From assembly GCA_951406725.2 (NCBI GenBank), contig OX597838.1, positions 10,106,001 to 10,170,000 of the forward strand: a stretch of 64,000 bases of DNA, read 5' to 3'. Source of the stretch: Octopus vulgaris (Eukaryota). Made by a program: the position numbers and the translations under genes. Shown in pieces: positions 36,437-49,716 of the stretch (positions are counted from its first letter, which is position 1; every line of letters begins with the position of its first letter). The notes below the pieces were generated by a model, which did not search any database, was not told where the DNA came from, and saw nothing but the letters and a program-made list of their open reading frames with translations.

Positions 36437-38760
36437 TTAAAGTTAGAAAAAAATATGTATAAAATATGTAAAGGCGGTGCTCCAGCATGGCCACAGTCAA
36501 GTGACTGAAACAACTAAAAGAGTAAAGAGTATATAGAAAATTATTACTCACCTCGTTTTATTAATCATACTTTTGTGTAAACCCAATTATGAATAATACG
36601 TTTTGAAGATGCTCTCAAGTATTAATATAGATTTTCTGAAGCTTTAAATTGTATTTTAAGGAATCCGTGAAATACTGACAGACTCTTTGTGGGGCGTCAT
36701 TTTGAGAACTTCTGCTGCAAATTGATGAAATTTATGTCCTGAAAAAATGACGGAAAAAAAGTTTTATTTTTTTTTAAATAAATAAAGAAATTTTTTTTTT
36801 CAGTTAAGTACAATATTGGCTCCTTACAGGTGCAAATTAATTTCACTGAATTTTTTTTTAAATGTTTGCCAAATATCAACCTCATTTTCAGTGTCAAGAA
36901 ACAATACATTTGCACATAATTCAACAAAAACGCGCCAAGCACCCACTGAGAACTGGGACCTCACGAATTTGTGTAAGAGTAACTTGATTAATTGATCATT
37001 AATGTTCTTGCACAGCTGTCAAACTATTCTGTCATTAGGCTTGATCTTATTTATAGCCCTAATTATTAAGTTCAATTATGAATGAAGACTTACACTTAAA
37101 TTATTTTCCTACAAGATGTTGCCTGCGTACAACACAATAGATACACAAAACGTTTTGGCTTTAACTTCGTACGCCTGTAGGATACAAAATAATCAGTTTC
37201 TGTAGTTTTAAGGTTTTTCACGTCATGCTACTAAAGTGCTGAAAACCATTCACTCCGCTTCGGCTTTGGATCAAGTGTCATGATGAATTTACCGAAGAGT
37301 TGACGTACCAATATTAAAAAAAAAAAAGACAGTCGTCACCTACAATGCAGCTCTCATCAACATGCTCGAGAATCTAAAAGGCCAGGAACATAAAAAAAAA
37401 CACGACCTCTTTCAACTTAATTAAAGTCAATAAACTAGAAATTGAAACTTTGATAACTGCATCATATGTTGACACATCAATAGCATACATCAATATTCCC
37501 TGCAGTCCAGGGTGAGGGGTTACGAGGCTTGACTGAAAAGTCCATAGTTTGACAGTGAAGGAGTGATGCTAGAGCTGTGAAACAGGAAGAGCATCCAGCC
37601 ATACAAAATTTCTCCAACCCTGGAGATGTTTTTTTTTCTTTTCTAGGTTTTTTTCCGATTCACTCGCCAACGACTCCTTTTTCTGAAATCAGAGGCGGGG
37701 TGAGCCGGAGATTCTCGGAGTTATTTGATCATTCCTTACGTTACATGTGCTATGATTCGAAGCGATCGTACTTTTGTTTTGTGGAATGAGGTTTGGTGAT
37801 ATATGCAAAAAGTATAATTGTTATACTGGACCGAAAAGTTGGATGAAATAAAGCCACATGATTGAATTTAGAAACAACAAAAAATTAATTAAACCTTGCA
37901 GAATTTATTTTTGATATTTTTAAAACATTTTATTCAGAAGGCAACATAATAATTTTTCAATCATCTACTGCCCGACACTCCAGAAGTCGAAGGGCGAGGG
38001 AAATGCAAGAAAAAAACGCAGGGCAGGCGCCAATCTAGGCCCGTCGCTAAGGGGTTATACTGCACGGCACTGCCCCCTCGCTGTTCAGTGGTGCGCCCTC
38101 AAATTTACAATGATATACTTATTTCGAAACTCCCCTTTAGCATTATTACAAATTTGTACCCACCCAGAAAATTCTGAAACACTCCAGGACACCAAAGTCT
38201 GGCGACGGGCCTGCTCCAGTCTCGCAGACAACGAAATGCCGTGGAGACACAAGAGCAACGACTTCAGTTTGAAACAACCTGGCAAACCCGCTCGAGGAAA
38301 CAAGTGACACCAAAACAGAAACAATGGACTGAAGCCGATAGACAAGTCCGCTTGAGAGAACAAGTGTTAAAAGAAGAAAGGCAGCCAGAAATGCCCACTC
38401 CTGAAAAAAAGAAACATCAGAGTAAAAACAAGTCAGGTTGGGATTTAGACCCCTTTCTCGTGAAGAGTAGCGACTAGCTGCCTTTAACTACGATCTTGGC
38501 AGATGGGCATTACGACAGATGCCAATAGGTGCTTTATGAATAGATTTAAGCACAATGCAGACCGCGGTGAAGGCCAGCCGAGCGATTGCTGGCTTGCTTG
38601 CAACACACACCTCCCTGTTTTTCATTCAGAAGCTATTGAATGATAACACGAGGACACAGTTGAAATCATCTGCTCCGTGAACCGCAAAGAGGAATCCAAC
38701 TTAAGCTGTTGTTTTAACAATAACAAAACAAAAACAACCCACCGCATATGCCTTTACACA

Positions 38761-39263
38761 TCTATATATATAAAACTGAAGTTGTGTGGTGTCTGTCTCC
38801 TACGATTTAGATTCCTAACTACTCCCACATTTTGCGGTGCAGTTTAACCAAAACCGGGTATCTTATAGTCGTCATTCATATCGAGCCTTTCTGGGTATTA
38901 GCGCGCGTCTAAGATGAGTCTACGATTTTTAAAAAAATTACCATAATTTTTTTCCATTTTTAATGCATTTTTTTTTGCTATTATATAAGGGAAGTAACTC
39001 TCTAAAAATGTCTACGATGAGTCTACGATTTAAAAAAAATTTACCATAATTTTTTCCATTTTTAATGCATTTTTTTTGCTATTATATAAGGGAAGTAACT
39101 CTCTAAAAATGTCTACGATGCGTCTACGATTTAAAAAAAAATTACCATCATTTTTTCCATTTTTAATGCATTTTTTTTGCTATTATATAAGGGAAGTAAC
39201 TCTAAAAATGCTTATATAGTTATTTCCCTTACAAATCCAAGCAACGCCGGGCAATACTGCTAG
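38761..39263 (+). mobile_element. Non-autonomous Helitron with an internal tandem repeat (about 100 bp, three copies)
   Basis: A|TCTATATATA ... GCAACGCCGGGCAATACTGCTAG|T; triplicated GATGAGTCTACGATTT...GGGAAGTAACTCTCTAAAAATG. Confidence 0.88.
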
Positions 39264-39639
39264 TATCTGAATGAATGTATATCGTTTCTGTCGCCGAGGT
39301 TTCCGTTACGACGTTAATTTAACCTCAAACCTGACTTTGCCGCGCATCTTTCGCTGATTTGTAAGTCAGCTATTTTCATAGAGTATGATTTGTGACGGAA
39401 GCCAAAAATATTATATGGTGAGGATTTCTTGTAAAAATCACAATTTCTTTCGTCTGCAAAGAAATTTGAAGATCACAAATATAGGAATGCTTTAACAGCA
39501 AATATCGTCCTGTCGAGGAATGCTGGGTGAAACTTATACGTGACACTTCAGAAATAGAAGTATTTAGTTTCGGATACTGTTTCTGATTTGTATGCATTCT
39601 TTTTAAAGACCATCTGTATTCAGTGGAGCAAATAATAAT

Positions 39640-40465
39640 GATTTTAAATTTTGGTACAAAACCTGAAATTTGGGCGAGGGGGACAGTCAATAACATCGAC
39701 CCCAGTACTTGACTGGTGTTGTAGACAATGGGCAACGTTGATTGTTCAAGTTTGTTGTGATGATTACATAACAACTGGTACTTATTTTATCGACCCAGAA
39801 ATGATGAAAGGCAAAGTCGACTTCGGCGGTGTTTGAACTCCCGTCACGTGGAGGACGGATCCGGCCATCGTCCGAGTACATCGTGAAGTTCGCCCCGCCT
39901 CCTTCCTTTGGCCGGGAAGGACAGGCAGTTTAGGCAGTTCTTCTCTGAAAAGGAAAGTGAGGCTGGAGAGATAGGTGCTGTCACCCTGTAAGTTTGTTGA
40001 AAGGTGGGTGAATGAAGAAAGAATGGCCCGTGTGAATGGGGCCTGCTCTAAGTATGTGCCTGTTGGCCGAATGGAATAAGGAGAGGGGTGTTTACCTGAG
40101 GTGCCTTGGTGTTAGGTGGCCCAAAGTGTGTGAGGATCCTTTGGTCACCTCTTGGTGGAACTCCCCACTACTGGGGAAGTACATTGTACACAGTATTTCG
40201 TCGGTCGCTACATTCTCAGTTCAAATTCCGCCGAGGTCGACTTTGCCTTTCATCCTTTCGGGGTCGATAAATTAAGTACCAGTTGCATACTGAGATCGAT
40301 CTAATCGACTGGCCCCCTCCTCCAAAATTTCAGGCCTTGTGCCTAGAGTAGAAAGGATTATTATTATTATTATTATTATCATTATTAGTATTATTAAGGC
40401 GGCGAGCTGATAGAATCACTAGTATTCCGGGCAAAATGCTTAGTGGTATTTCGCCCGTCGCTACA
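39640..40465. mobile_element. Cluster of SINE family C fragments (about 39640-39840 minus; 40195-40360 and 40398-40465 plus) around an unidentified GC-rich segment
   Basis: GATGAAAGGCAAAGTCGAC and GTCGACTTTGCCTTTCATCCTTTCGGGGTCGATAAATTAAGTACCAG motifs. Confidence 0.7.
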
Positions 40466-41613
40466 ATATGACACCAAGAAAATGTAATTGTATACCTATT
40501 GTAAAAACTATTCACCGGTAGAGCAATAACAATAAAACTAGTATAGATAACAATCATACAATTGTTCATAAGGTTACTTATCTATACTTGTTTTTACCTA
40601 CTGAAAATAGTAATAGTAGTACAATGCAAATAATTGTAGTACCTCCTGTAGTGATGAATATCCCATGCAATGCTTATATAATTTTATAATCTAATTTAAT
40701 ATACTAATTAATTCAAAAATATGTGTAGCGAGACTAATTTCACAATTGCAAGATTTAGACTTAAATAGTCTGAAAAGGGCTCCACGGGTCAAGTCTCTAA
40801 TGACTGGTCAGGCCACCTGTCTGGTGACGCTGAAATACCTTGTCGAAATTGGGTTGGTTTAGTTTTACGCGGGAATCGGAGTGCGTATTCAATCGGAGTG
40901 CGCAATAGACCCCACCAAACGCAATAGACCCCACCAAACACAGCAAATTCTAAATGTTCGTCTGAGCCATTTTTTTTTTTTTTGTAAATAGATAGCATGA
41001 AGCTTTTCATTTTAGCAGAGGGAAAAGAGTTTGTTTTCACATTATTTTTGTTCTTGTTGAAGCACGTGTAACCAAGTTCGACTGAGCTGAGACGTCAAAT
41101 GTCTATGGAATGTTCTACTGACAACATTCTTCGTGGTGTATTCATTTCGTTGGCTGCTGTATAATTTTATTTAGCTGCAGAATAAAAATATCCCTGTTAA
41201 CTGCACAGCTCGTCTTTGCTACTATTTCCACCGTTTTATATGCAACTCATGGGAAGCAAAATTTTGTTTTAAGAGAGCCAGAGACACTTCCTTCCAGTTA
41301 AATATGCAATCACTTGATATTGAACACCTAATTCAGTTTTCAACTTATTTTTTAAATATTCTTTTTATATATAGCTATGTCTGTATATGTGTATCTCTGT
41401 AAATGGAATATAAACATTATTATTCTATTGTGTGTGTGTGTGTGTGAATATGCGTATCTATTTCTATAGATACGCATATTGTATTTGTAGATCCATTATT
41501 TAGGCAGAATGGTATACATGTAAGATTCCAATACCTTGTGAGTAAAATCCAATAGTATTTAAAATTGCTCATTCCAAGTATAGAGTTTGTACACAGTGCA
41601 ATCGAATCAAGGG

Positions 41614-41671
<58 letters not shown>

Positions 41672-41770
41672 GAATGGAGTTGAACGACGAATTAACAAAA
41701 TGTGAATTTGCTACCCAGGTATCGGTTAACCGAATTATCCATAACAAGATAATTCATTCAACTACTCAAA

Positions 41771-41802
<32 letters not shown>

Positions 41803-41866
41803 ATGGCGGTGCCCCAGCATGGCCACAGCTCATGAGCTGAAACTAGAATCAATCAATCAATCAATC

Positions 41867-41933
<67 letters not shown>

Positions 41934-41986
41934 ATATATTTATATATATATATTTATATATATATTTATATATATATTTATATATA

Positions 41987-42027
<41 letters not shown>

Positions 42028-42088
42028 CATCTGCGTGAGTGAATGTATATTTATGTGTGCATGTTAAATGTACGTGTGTGTATGTATA

Positions 42089-42986
42089 CGAGGTGTAGTC
42101 AAAAAGTATCCGACATTTGGCCCAAAACAAGTAATATTAAAAAACTCACCGTTCTGATTTAGTCTCCTTCAAAATATTCTCCTTGGGAACCTACACACTT
42201 CTGCCAACGTTCCGGTCACTGCTGGAAACATTTATGGAAATCACTGTTTGGGGGATGCTGTAGAGCTGTGCCGTCGAATTTTGCTTAAGTCCTCCCTTCA
42301 CTGAAATCCCCCTTTGAATGTTTTTTTGAGCTTTGGGAACAGCCAAAAGTCACACAGAGTCAAGTCTTGGGAGCAGGAAGCCTGATGAAACAAGTGGTGT
42401 GTTTTGCTTGACAAGGAAGGCTTGGACGACGTGGCCGGAATGAACTGAGCGAATCGAACTGGTTGAACTGACCCATAACTGATTCCAACTTCGGCAACAA
42501 TCACCTCAATAGTCACACGACGGTCTTCATAGACTATTCCTTAAACCTTTGCAAACATTTCGTAGTTTCTGCTTGTCGATGGTCTGCCGCAACGTGGCTC
42601 ACTGTCCATTGAGGTGCGGCTATTTTGAACTGAGTGTACCACTCCTTTATTTGTGTTTTTTCTCGTAGCATCATCTCCAAAGGCCTTCCGAATCTTCTCG
42701 ATAGTCTGGGCTTGCGTATGACCAAGTTTTTGACAGAATTTGATACAGAATATTTGCTCAATGAACTCGGCCATCTTGACTAAAAAAGAAAAATCGCACA
42801 GTACACCCTTCACGTCTGTACTCAACCCGTCTCTGAGGGCGAATGGCGCAACCTACGAACACGAAATTTCTTGCGCATGCTCGGGAAAGACGCGGCCACC
42901 TATGACCCCCATGCGGGTTTTGCTCACGCCTTGTTATTTTGTGCCAAAAAAAAAATCAAGGTCGGACACTTTTTGACTACACTTAG
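42089..42986 (-). mobile_element. Internally deleted mariner element (irritans-like)
   Basis: TA flanks; TIRs CGAGGTGTAGTCAAAAAGTATCCGAC / GTCGGACACTTTTTGACTACACTTAG; EQIFCIKFCQKLG, GRPSTS, SQDLTLCDFWLFPKLK. Confidence 0.88.
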
Positions 42987-44091
42987 TATGTGTGTGTCTG
43001 CCGAGTTTCGGTGGGAAAAACAGGGCTCGTGGGGTCGGCAATCCTGATGTTCCCACTTCATGTGTCGTTCTTATATTGTGTTGTAAAAATTTGTGTATCA
43101 TTCGAATTTCATCGATTTTGTCTTCGATTTCATGTAATATTTTTAAAGATCATTTATATGTAAATTTCATCCGTGTCTCATGACCCCAAATCATGATGTG
43201 TTGTCCCCCTCTTCGTTAGCCCTTTGTGGGTAATAAAGAAATCACTTAGTATGTGTGTGTGTGTGTGTATTATACACACATATATACATATATATTATAC
43301 ACGTATATGTGTGTGTGTAACTGTGTGCGTATGTATGTGTGTATGTATGTATATATATATATACACGCGCGCGCGCACACTAGCAATGCACCTCAGCGTT
43401 GCCCGAGTGTTATGACCTACAGCCGCATTGTATTATTTGTTCCTTTCTTACAGGTAGAGTCGGCACACGCGGAGTTTGGAACAAACAACTCTTCTTTATA
43501 GACATGTTTTTCGATCATTTTCTGATGAACAACGAACGTTGCAGCTGCCGTCAACCGAAATCGGTCACAAGTCTGTGTTTGGCCCCGGGGATATAATAGA
43601 AGGCACTACTTGCCCGAGGTACCATGCAGGAGGACTGAACGTGGAACCATGTGGTTGGGAAGCAAACTTCTCAAACACACAATCATTCATGCACCTAATG
43701 TGTGTGTGTGTGTGAGTGTGTGTGTGTGTGAGTGTGTGTGTGTGAGTGTGTGTGTGTGTGAGTGTGTGTGTGTGTGTTGGTTTGCATTTGTTGTTAAATC
43801 GAGTATTGTGTCCCACTAAGTCTTTAAGTTAGCAGATCATCAAGCAGAGATCTATAAAATAAATTCTAGATTGAAATACGTACTGTGGTCAGTATGATCA
43901 ATTGAATTTTTTAAAGTGATAACCCATCATGGCGACAGTCGCAAGACTAAACCCAGTAAAATAAAGACTAAACCCAGTAAAATAACGTTTAAAGACTTAA
44001 TAGCTTCAAATTTAAGGCAATGGATTACTAACCACAAGATAATGAGTTTAAAAATTCGTATTGAACTTCCACTCTATAAGATAACACTATA

Positions 44092-44660
44092 CCAGATCTG
44101 ATCAATAAGTATCCGGACTGTTGCCATAGTAACGAAACTAAAGCACGCAGAGTGAAGCTACTTGGCACAGATCGACCTTGAACTCTGATGTGTATGTGCA
44201 CTAAGTTTTAACATTCTAGATCACTTTCGCTGTTTACAGCAGTGCTTGGAAGGAACGTGTGTAGTGTGTGATCGTCGCATTGTTCATGACACAAAAAAAC
44301 TGTCATGGCGATACCTGCTCAGAGGCCTACGCAAAGATGCAGAAAGTGTATGGAGAGGAGTGTATGAGCTGCAGACAGGAGTACGAGTAGTTCTGACATT
44401 TCCAAGACGGCCGTTAAAACGTCGATATTGACGAACGTTCTGGGAGACCCGCAACTAGCAAAACTGAGAAAAACATCGCAGATGTGCGTGCAGCTGTGAG
44501 GGGAAATCGTCAAGTCACCATCCGCGAGTTATCAGAGGATATGTAGATTAGTTACGGTTCAGTTTAGTCCATTATCATTGAAGATTTGTGTATGAGACAC
44601 GTGTCTTCCAAGTTTGTGCCAAAACTACTTTCAGCTGACCAAAAAGACACTCGGGTGTTG
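44092..44660 (+). mobile_element. 5' part of a decayed mariner element
   Basis: TIR-like GATCTGATCAATAAGTATCCGGAC; HTH-region fragments ending HVSSKFVPKLLSADQK (WVPK-equivalent linker). Confidence 0.7.
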
Positions 44661-44746
44661 AAAACTTTGCATAGGTCTCTGAGAAGGTATCGCCAAGCTT
44701 TTGGCAAAATTTTATGCTGATTCTCTGCCCAACTTACTTTGTCATG

Positions 44747-45198
44747 GTCAATATAGAAAAAATGAGATCCTATAGAAAAAATTAAATATAAGATAAAAAC
44801 ATATACCAATGATTAAGTAATGTGCAAAGTAATACTTAAAACGTATATATTTAGTAAAATGACTACACGTGTTTCGTGGTTATATTTAAGAAATGATAAC
44901 AGTAAAATCAATTCAATATAAATATAGCCACACTTCAGGTCAAAGATAAAAATACTAAAAATAATTATCTTTATTATTTTATTATTATATTATTTTAATC
45001 TTTGACCTGAAGAGTGGCTATAGTTATATTGAATTGATTTTACTGTTATCATTTCTTAAATATAACCACGAAACACGTGTAGTCATTTTACCAAATATAT
45101 ACGTTTTATTTATTATTTCGTACATTACTTAATCATTGGTATGTGTTTTTATCTTATATTTAATTTTTTTCTATATAATCTAATTTATTCTATATGAC
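44747..45198. mobile_element. AT-rich foldback element (arms about 210 bp) with a hammerhead in each arm; Penelope-like relic
   Basis: Arms reverse-complementary with few mismatches; centre near 44970. Confidence 0.8.
45003..45085 (+). ncRNA. Type I hammerhead ribozyme, canonical core
   Basis: TGAC-CTGAAGA-GTGGCTATA[loop]TATAACCAC-GAA-ACACGTGT-A-GTCA; palindromic stem III, GUA site at 45079-45081; the mirror copy at 44860-44942 (minus) has A9 to U. Confidence 0.75.
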
Positions 45199-45266
45199 AT
45201 ACTTTAATTTTTTCATTGTTGAATTGATAAAAAGTGGGTTTTTTTCTAATTTATTTATATATATAT

Positions 45267-46224
45267 AATTTGAACAGTCAGATAAGATATGAGAATTTCG
45301 AGTAAATATTGGGGTTAGTGTCAATTTGCGGTCTTTATTATTAACACTTTGATATTACCAATCTTATCAGCGATAAGTGTTTAACTATTGTTTAGATAAA
45401 TTGAGCGGAAAAGTAACAGGTAGAAAACTGTGTCGCTTGAGATAGCGACAAACAACAACCTACTCGTTCACATATATGTGTCATATATCTTTACCTTTTG
45501 ACCGACAGATTAAAAAAATAATCTTTTGTAACTAAATACTTTCAAACTTTGGACACTGGTAGAATGTGTCGTATAGCATTTTTGAGGGGAAAAAAAACTT
45601 ATATTTACGAAGTTATTTCACGTTAAAGTTGTTGTATTTCGGTAATTTCAACCAATCAATGACGTGCATTCAGCTGAATAAAATTACTGGCGTTGTTTGT
45701 CAGCAACAACTATCGGCGGTGTATTTTTCGTTTGTCACTGTTATTTATTTATGACATCGTTGAAATTGCCGAAATGCAAGAAATTAAACAACAAATAACT
45801 TACAAACTACAGAATTTTCTCAAGAAAGCCAAGAGAAAAAGACGTTTTATAAACACATTCTACCAGTATACGAAGTTTAAAAGTGTATAGTTACAAAGAA
45901 ATTATTTTAAAAATCTGCCGGTCAAAGCGAAAAGATCCCATATATGTGTGCGAGTGTGTTGTTTGTCGTAGTTGTTTTTGTTGTACAGGTGGTGGTGGTG
46001 TGGTGTGGTGATAGATCAGCGAATGGTTAAGCTATCGTCATCTTATCAACTCAGGCGACATTGTTTTCTACCTGTTACTTTTCCTCTCTGTTTATCTCAA
46101 TAGTTAAACACTTATCTCTAGTAAGACTGGTGATATCTAAGTGTTAGTCAGAACAACCGAAAATTGATACCAAACCCCATTCATACACGAAATTCTCATA
46201 TCTCATTATCTAACTGTTCAAATT
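45267..46224. mobile_element. Nested foldback: diverged outer inverted arms (about 45267-45478 and 45939-46224) around an inner long-TIR MITE (about 45486-45937)
   Basis: Outer GATATGAGAATTTCG / CGAAATTCTCATATC and AAGTAACAGGTAGAAAAC / GTTTTCTACCTGTTACTT; inner TTTGACCG.CAGAT..CTGGTAGAATGTG / CACATTCTACCAG..ATCTGCCGGTCAAA. Confidence 0.8.
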
Positions 46225-46827
46225 CCACAAGTCTAACGTTCATATAAAAATAGACGTAAATTATTAACTGATGACGGGATACGAAACCATTTTTTTCTTT
46301 TTTCTTTTTATAATAAAATTGTTTTTAAAAACAATTTTATCTATCTTTCGCCCAGTTTCTTGTCGACCCAATTGATTGATTGCTTGTCTTATCTGTAGGG
46401 TCAAACGTCCTCATCTCTTCACCTATATTTCACCCATACAAAAATATCTTGTTCGTCAATTATTTAATCTATCGCCTTTTCGTGTTCTGTGCTTATAGAC
46501 GTACGATCACGTAACTCCATGCCTTCCTGTCCCTTATACGACTTAGTACCTTACGGTGTCGGTCTGAAACCAACTACTAAGCTCACAGAGTCTCTTCTCC
46601 CTCTCTTTCTCTGCCTCCCATGGCTCATTCTTTATTTCAGTTTCCAGATATCATCACTGTCTGTTCGTAGCTTTGTCTTCTTATCTCATCCAATGAATAG
46701 AACTCTGTTGTCTTATGTTGTTAAGCGGTTTCCTAGCGATTTCTCCTCGTTTTTGGACACCAGTATTTATTACTCTCAGTATCCCCCCCTCTCTCTCTCT
46801 CTCTGCTTATCTATCTATCTCTATAGC

Positions 46828-47022
46828 AGCGGTCCCCAACCTTTACTAGGGTCAAGTGGTGAAGACATTATTTCGGCCTAGCTAAAGGCATCTGGAAAAT
46901 GTAAAACTGCTGTCAGAGAAAAAAACCATTTTCCACCGTGGGAAAAGTTCTGTTGCGGTGTTAATTTAAATTTGGCTATGGTGGATCGAATCCACTTCAT
47001 GCTTGCAAGATCCACTACAGAT
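46828..47022 (+). mobile_element. hAT-like terminus plus a segment homologous to the 32857-33437 arms
   Basis: CAGCGGTCCCCAACCTTT start; GGGTCAAGTGGTGAAGACATTATTTCGGCCTAGCT.. matches the reverse complement of 33270-33437. Confidence 0.6.
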
Positions 47023-47314
47023 GTAATCCATTTCCTCATCACTCATCGCCGAGCCAATCGTTTCGTTTTTGCTTCTTTCCAAATGTGTGCATATGTTTGT
47101 CTTGATGGATTCTATTGGAAAATTTTGAAGCTCAAATATTGCAAATTTTATATCAAGCATTGTTATTCTCAACAATTCTTAGGCATTCATTTAAACAATT
47201 TTCCCCTCTGTTTTCACCTCAAGGGTTTACATAATAGGATGAGGTTTTCTCCACACACATTTTCACACAAACTTTACCAACTCAACATATATTCCATTTG
47301 TTTAGTGTTAATAT

Positions 47315-48945
47315 AACTGCTGATAACCGGATCTGTCCCACGCGTGACAACAGCTGTTCGATGAAGCTCCACAGGTCAGTAATGCGTGGACACTGGACGA
47401 GTGCATGCAGGACGGTTTCATCGCCCTGCGCACACCTCGGACAGGTCAGTCTGACAGCACTTCCATGTCTGCAGAGCTTGTCTCGAACCGACAGAGCTCC
47501 CCGGTAGCACTGCCAGTCTAGGGGTTTCTGAAAATTATCCATAAGCCCTGACCCGAAAGTCCAACGGAAAAGACCACTTAGCTGATCCCTCTCGACGCCC
47601 AGAGTTTCCCCAGGTACGTCGTCGCTCTTTTCACTAATCCTCTATAGAACAGCAGAGTGGAACTTCCACCGACCACGTTGTCCGACTGATAGAAGGCCGT
47701 GAGCGCTTGCCGACACTCCAGGTGCCAGGCGCCAGATACCCTTTCTTGGTCTGCGCTTGACCCAGGACTGTAGTTCCATCAATGGGACGAGCTGTGGATA
47801 GTCCCGTTTGTCGAACGGCGACCATACCTGCTCACCGTTAAGGAAACGCTAGAGATGTCGCAGCCTCAGTGCATGTCTGCGCGTCATTAACCACGGCATG
47901 CCCAGTCCTCCACTTAGCGGTTGTTGAGAGTAGATGGATCGTCCGACAAGCGGGACACGTCCTTTCAATAGAAAGTGGAAGAGCAAACGCACCAACTTTA
48001 TCAGGCACGAAGTGGAGCAAGGGATAGCGGTCAGGTGGTAGTAGAGGACGGAAGCGATGTATGCATTCGCCACTTGCGGCCGACCCTGCAGGAATACTTC
48101 CTCTCTGCCCATTTCTGGGTGAGATTGGCTGCCCTGCTCGTTACCTCCCCACTGTTTTTGTCCACCTGGAGGTCTGGACCAAACCAGACCCCGAGCGACT
48201 TAACCGGTCCTTCTGTCCAGCGCCTTATAACGCTGTCGGTTGGCATGGACCTACTTCACCAGGTACCGAGCGGCAGGCCCACCGACTTCTCCTGGTTGAT
48301 CTTTGCTCTTGTCACCGCTTCGTACTCCCTTAGAGCTGTGCCGATCACCTTGATTTCCGAGATGCTCAACACTATTACGGTGCCGTCGTCCGTGTAAGCC
48401 AACACGAACCTTCCGCATCCTAGGTGACGCAGAATACCCCTCGAAACATCCAGCTTCCGCAGCAATGGCTCGAGAGGCAGTACGTGCAGAAGAGGTGCGA
48501 GTGGGCAGCCTTGACGGATCGAGCGAGCGATGCTAAACGATTCCGAAAGGTGGCCATTTACTTTCACCACCAAGCAGACGTTACTGGACATCGCAGCGAT
48601 CCAGCCCCTGAAAACTGAATCGAAACCCGCTGCCGCAAGAACAGCCTCCAATTATTGGTGGTCGACCCTATCAAAAGCTTTCGGCTGATCCAAATTTATC
48701 AGGGCTCCACCCATACCAGGTTTCTTGCCCACTCTCTCTATGATATAGCGCGTGAGGTGAAGGCTGTGGTGGAGAGTTCTGTTTGGGGTAGCGCATGTCT
48801 GCGCGTCACCAACTAACTTATCGACGACAACCGCTAACCTCTTCGCTAAGACACAGGCCAAAATTTAATAATCTGTATTCAGCAGAGTTATAGGTTTAAA
48901 ATGATCAATTTTGCCCCCTTGTTCGGGTCCTCCCTTAATAGCACC
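47315..48945 (-). mobile_element. L1/Tx1-like LINE ORF2 remnant (reverse transcriptase plus C-terminal Zn motif)
   Basis: DQPKAFDRVDH, SIRQGCPLAPLL, AYTDD, INQEKS, GGLGMP, CPRCAQGDETVLHALVQCP; GC-rich and frameshifted. Confidence 0.9.
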
Positions 48946-49716
48946 ACCTTGGTTTGATAGAGGTGTGGTCGCTATTTCTTAAATGTATATAAAAAAAAAG
49001 TCTTCGCTGTGAGACAACGAATAATGTGTATACATCGTCTGGTTTGTTTTCGTTTGATAGTTTCTGAATGCAGGCGGTTTATATATACTGTTAATTCACA
49101 TAGATTACGTACATGCATACGTGCAGACAGATATTAACATAGATTAGAATTTGATGTAGAAACTGAAATAGTATAATGAATAAGGGAGGAAAAAAAGATA
49201 GATATAAAAGTGTAGAAAGGAGAAATAGAGGGAGAGTGCGGTTTAACAAAGGCGAATCAAATGTAGCTATCATCACGGACGCATAATTTTGAGAGGTCCT
49301 TGAGTTAAGTATTTGGAAAACGGTTGAAGCATTGTCTTCGTTTTTGCACGAGCACTACAAAACACTCAGATAAACATAGTGTTCTGTCTATGAGGACACT
49401 GTTATAAACAATTATATCGCAGTTTAAACTATTTTAACACTTAAGTTGTTTATCTTGCTTTTAGCTTGTTTATCACAACAGATGTTGGAAGTTATCAATG
49501 AGGATTTTTGTCTCTTAAACTCGAAATCTCTCCAAATTTTGATGATCTTTAACCAATTAGTTTTTTTATTTTTTTATTTTTATCACATAAAGAATGTATT
49601 TAAACCGATTTCTTTCACTCCAACTGTTTTTAAAATAAATAAACCAAGTAGCATAGCGTGTGGCGTCAGGACCGCAGACGACCGTTACCTTATAAATATA
49701 TATACATATATATATA

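Noticed and set aside
36546-36770. Minus-strand exon-like segment with good acceptor and donor
   Set aside because: Stop codons in all three frames; no supporting neighbouring exons
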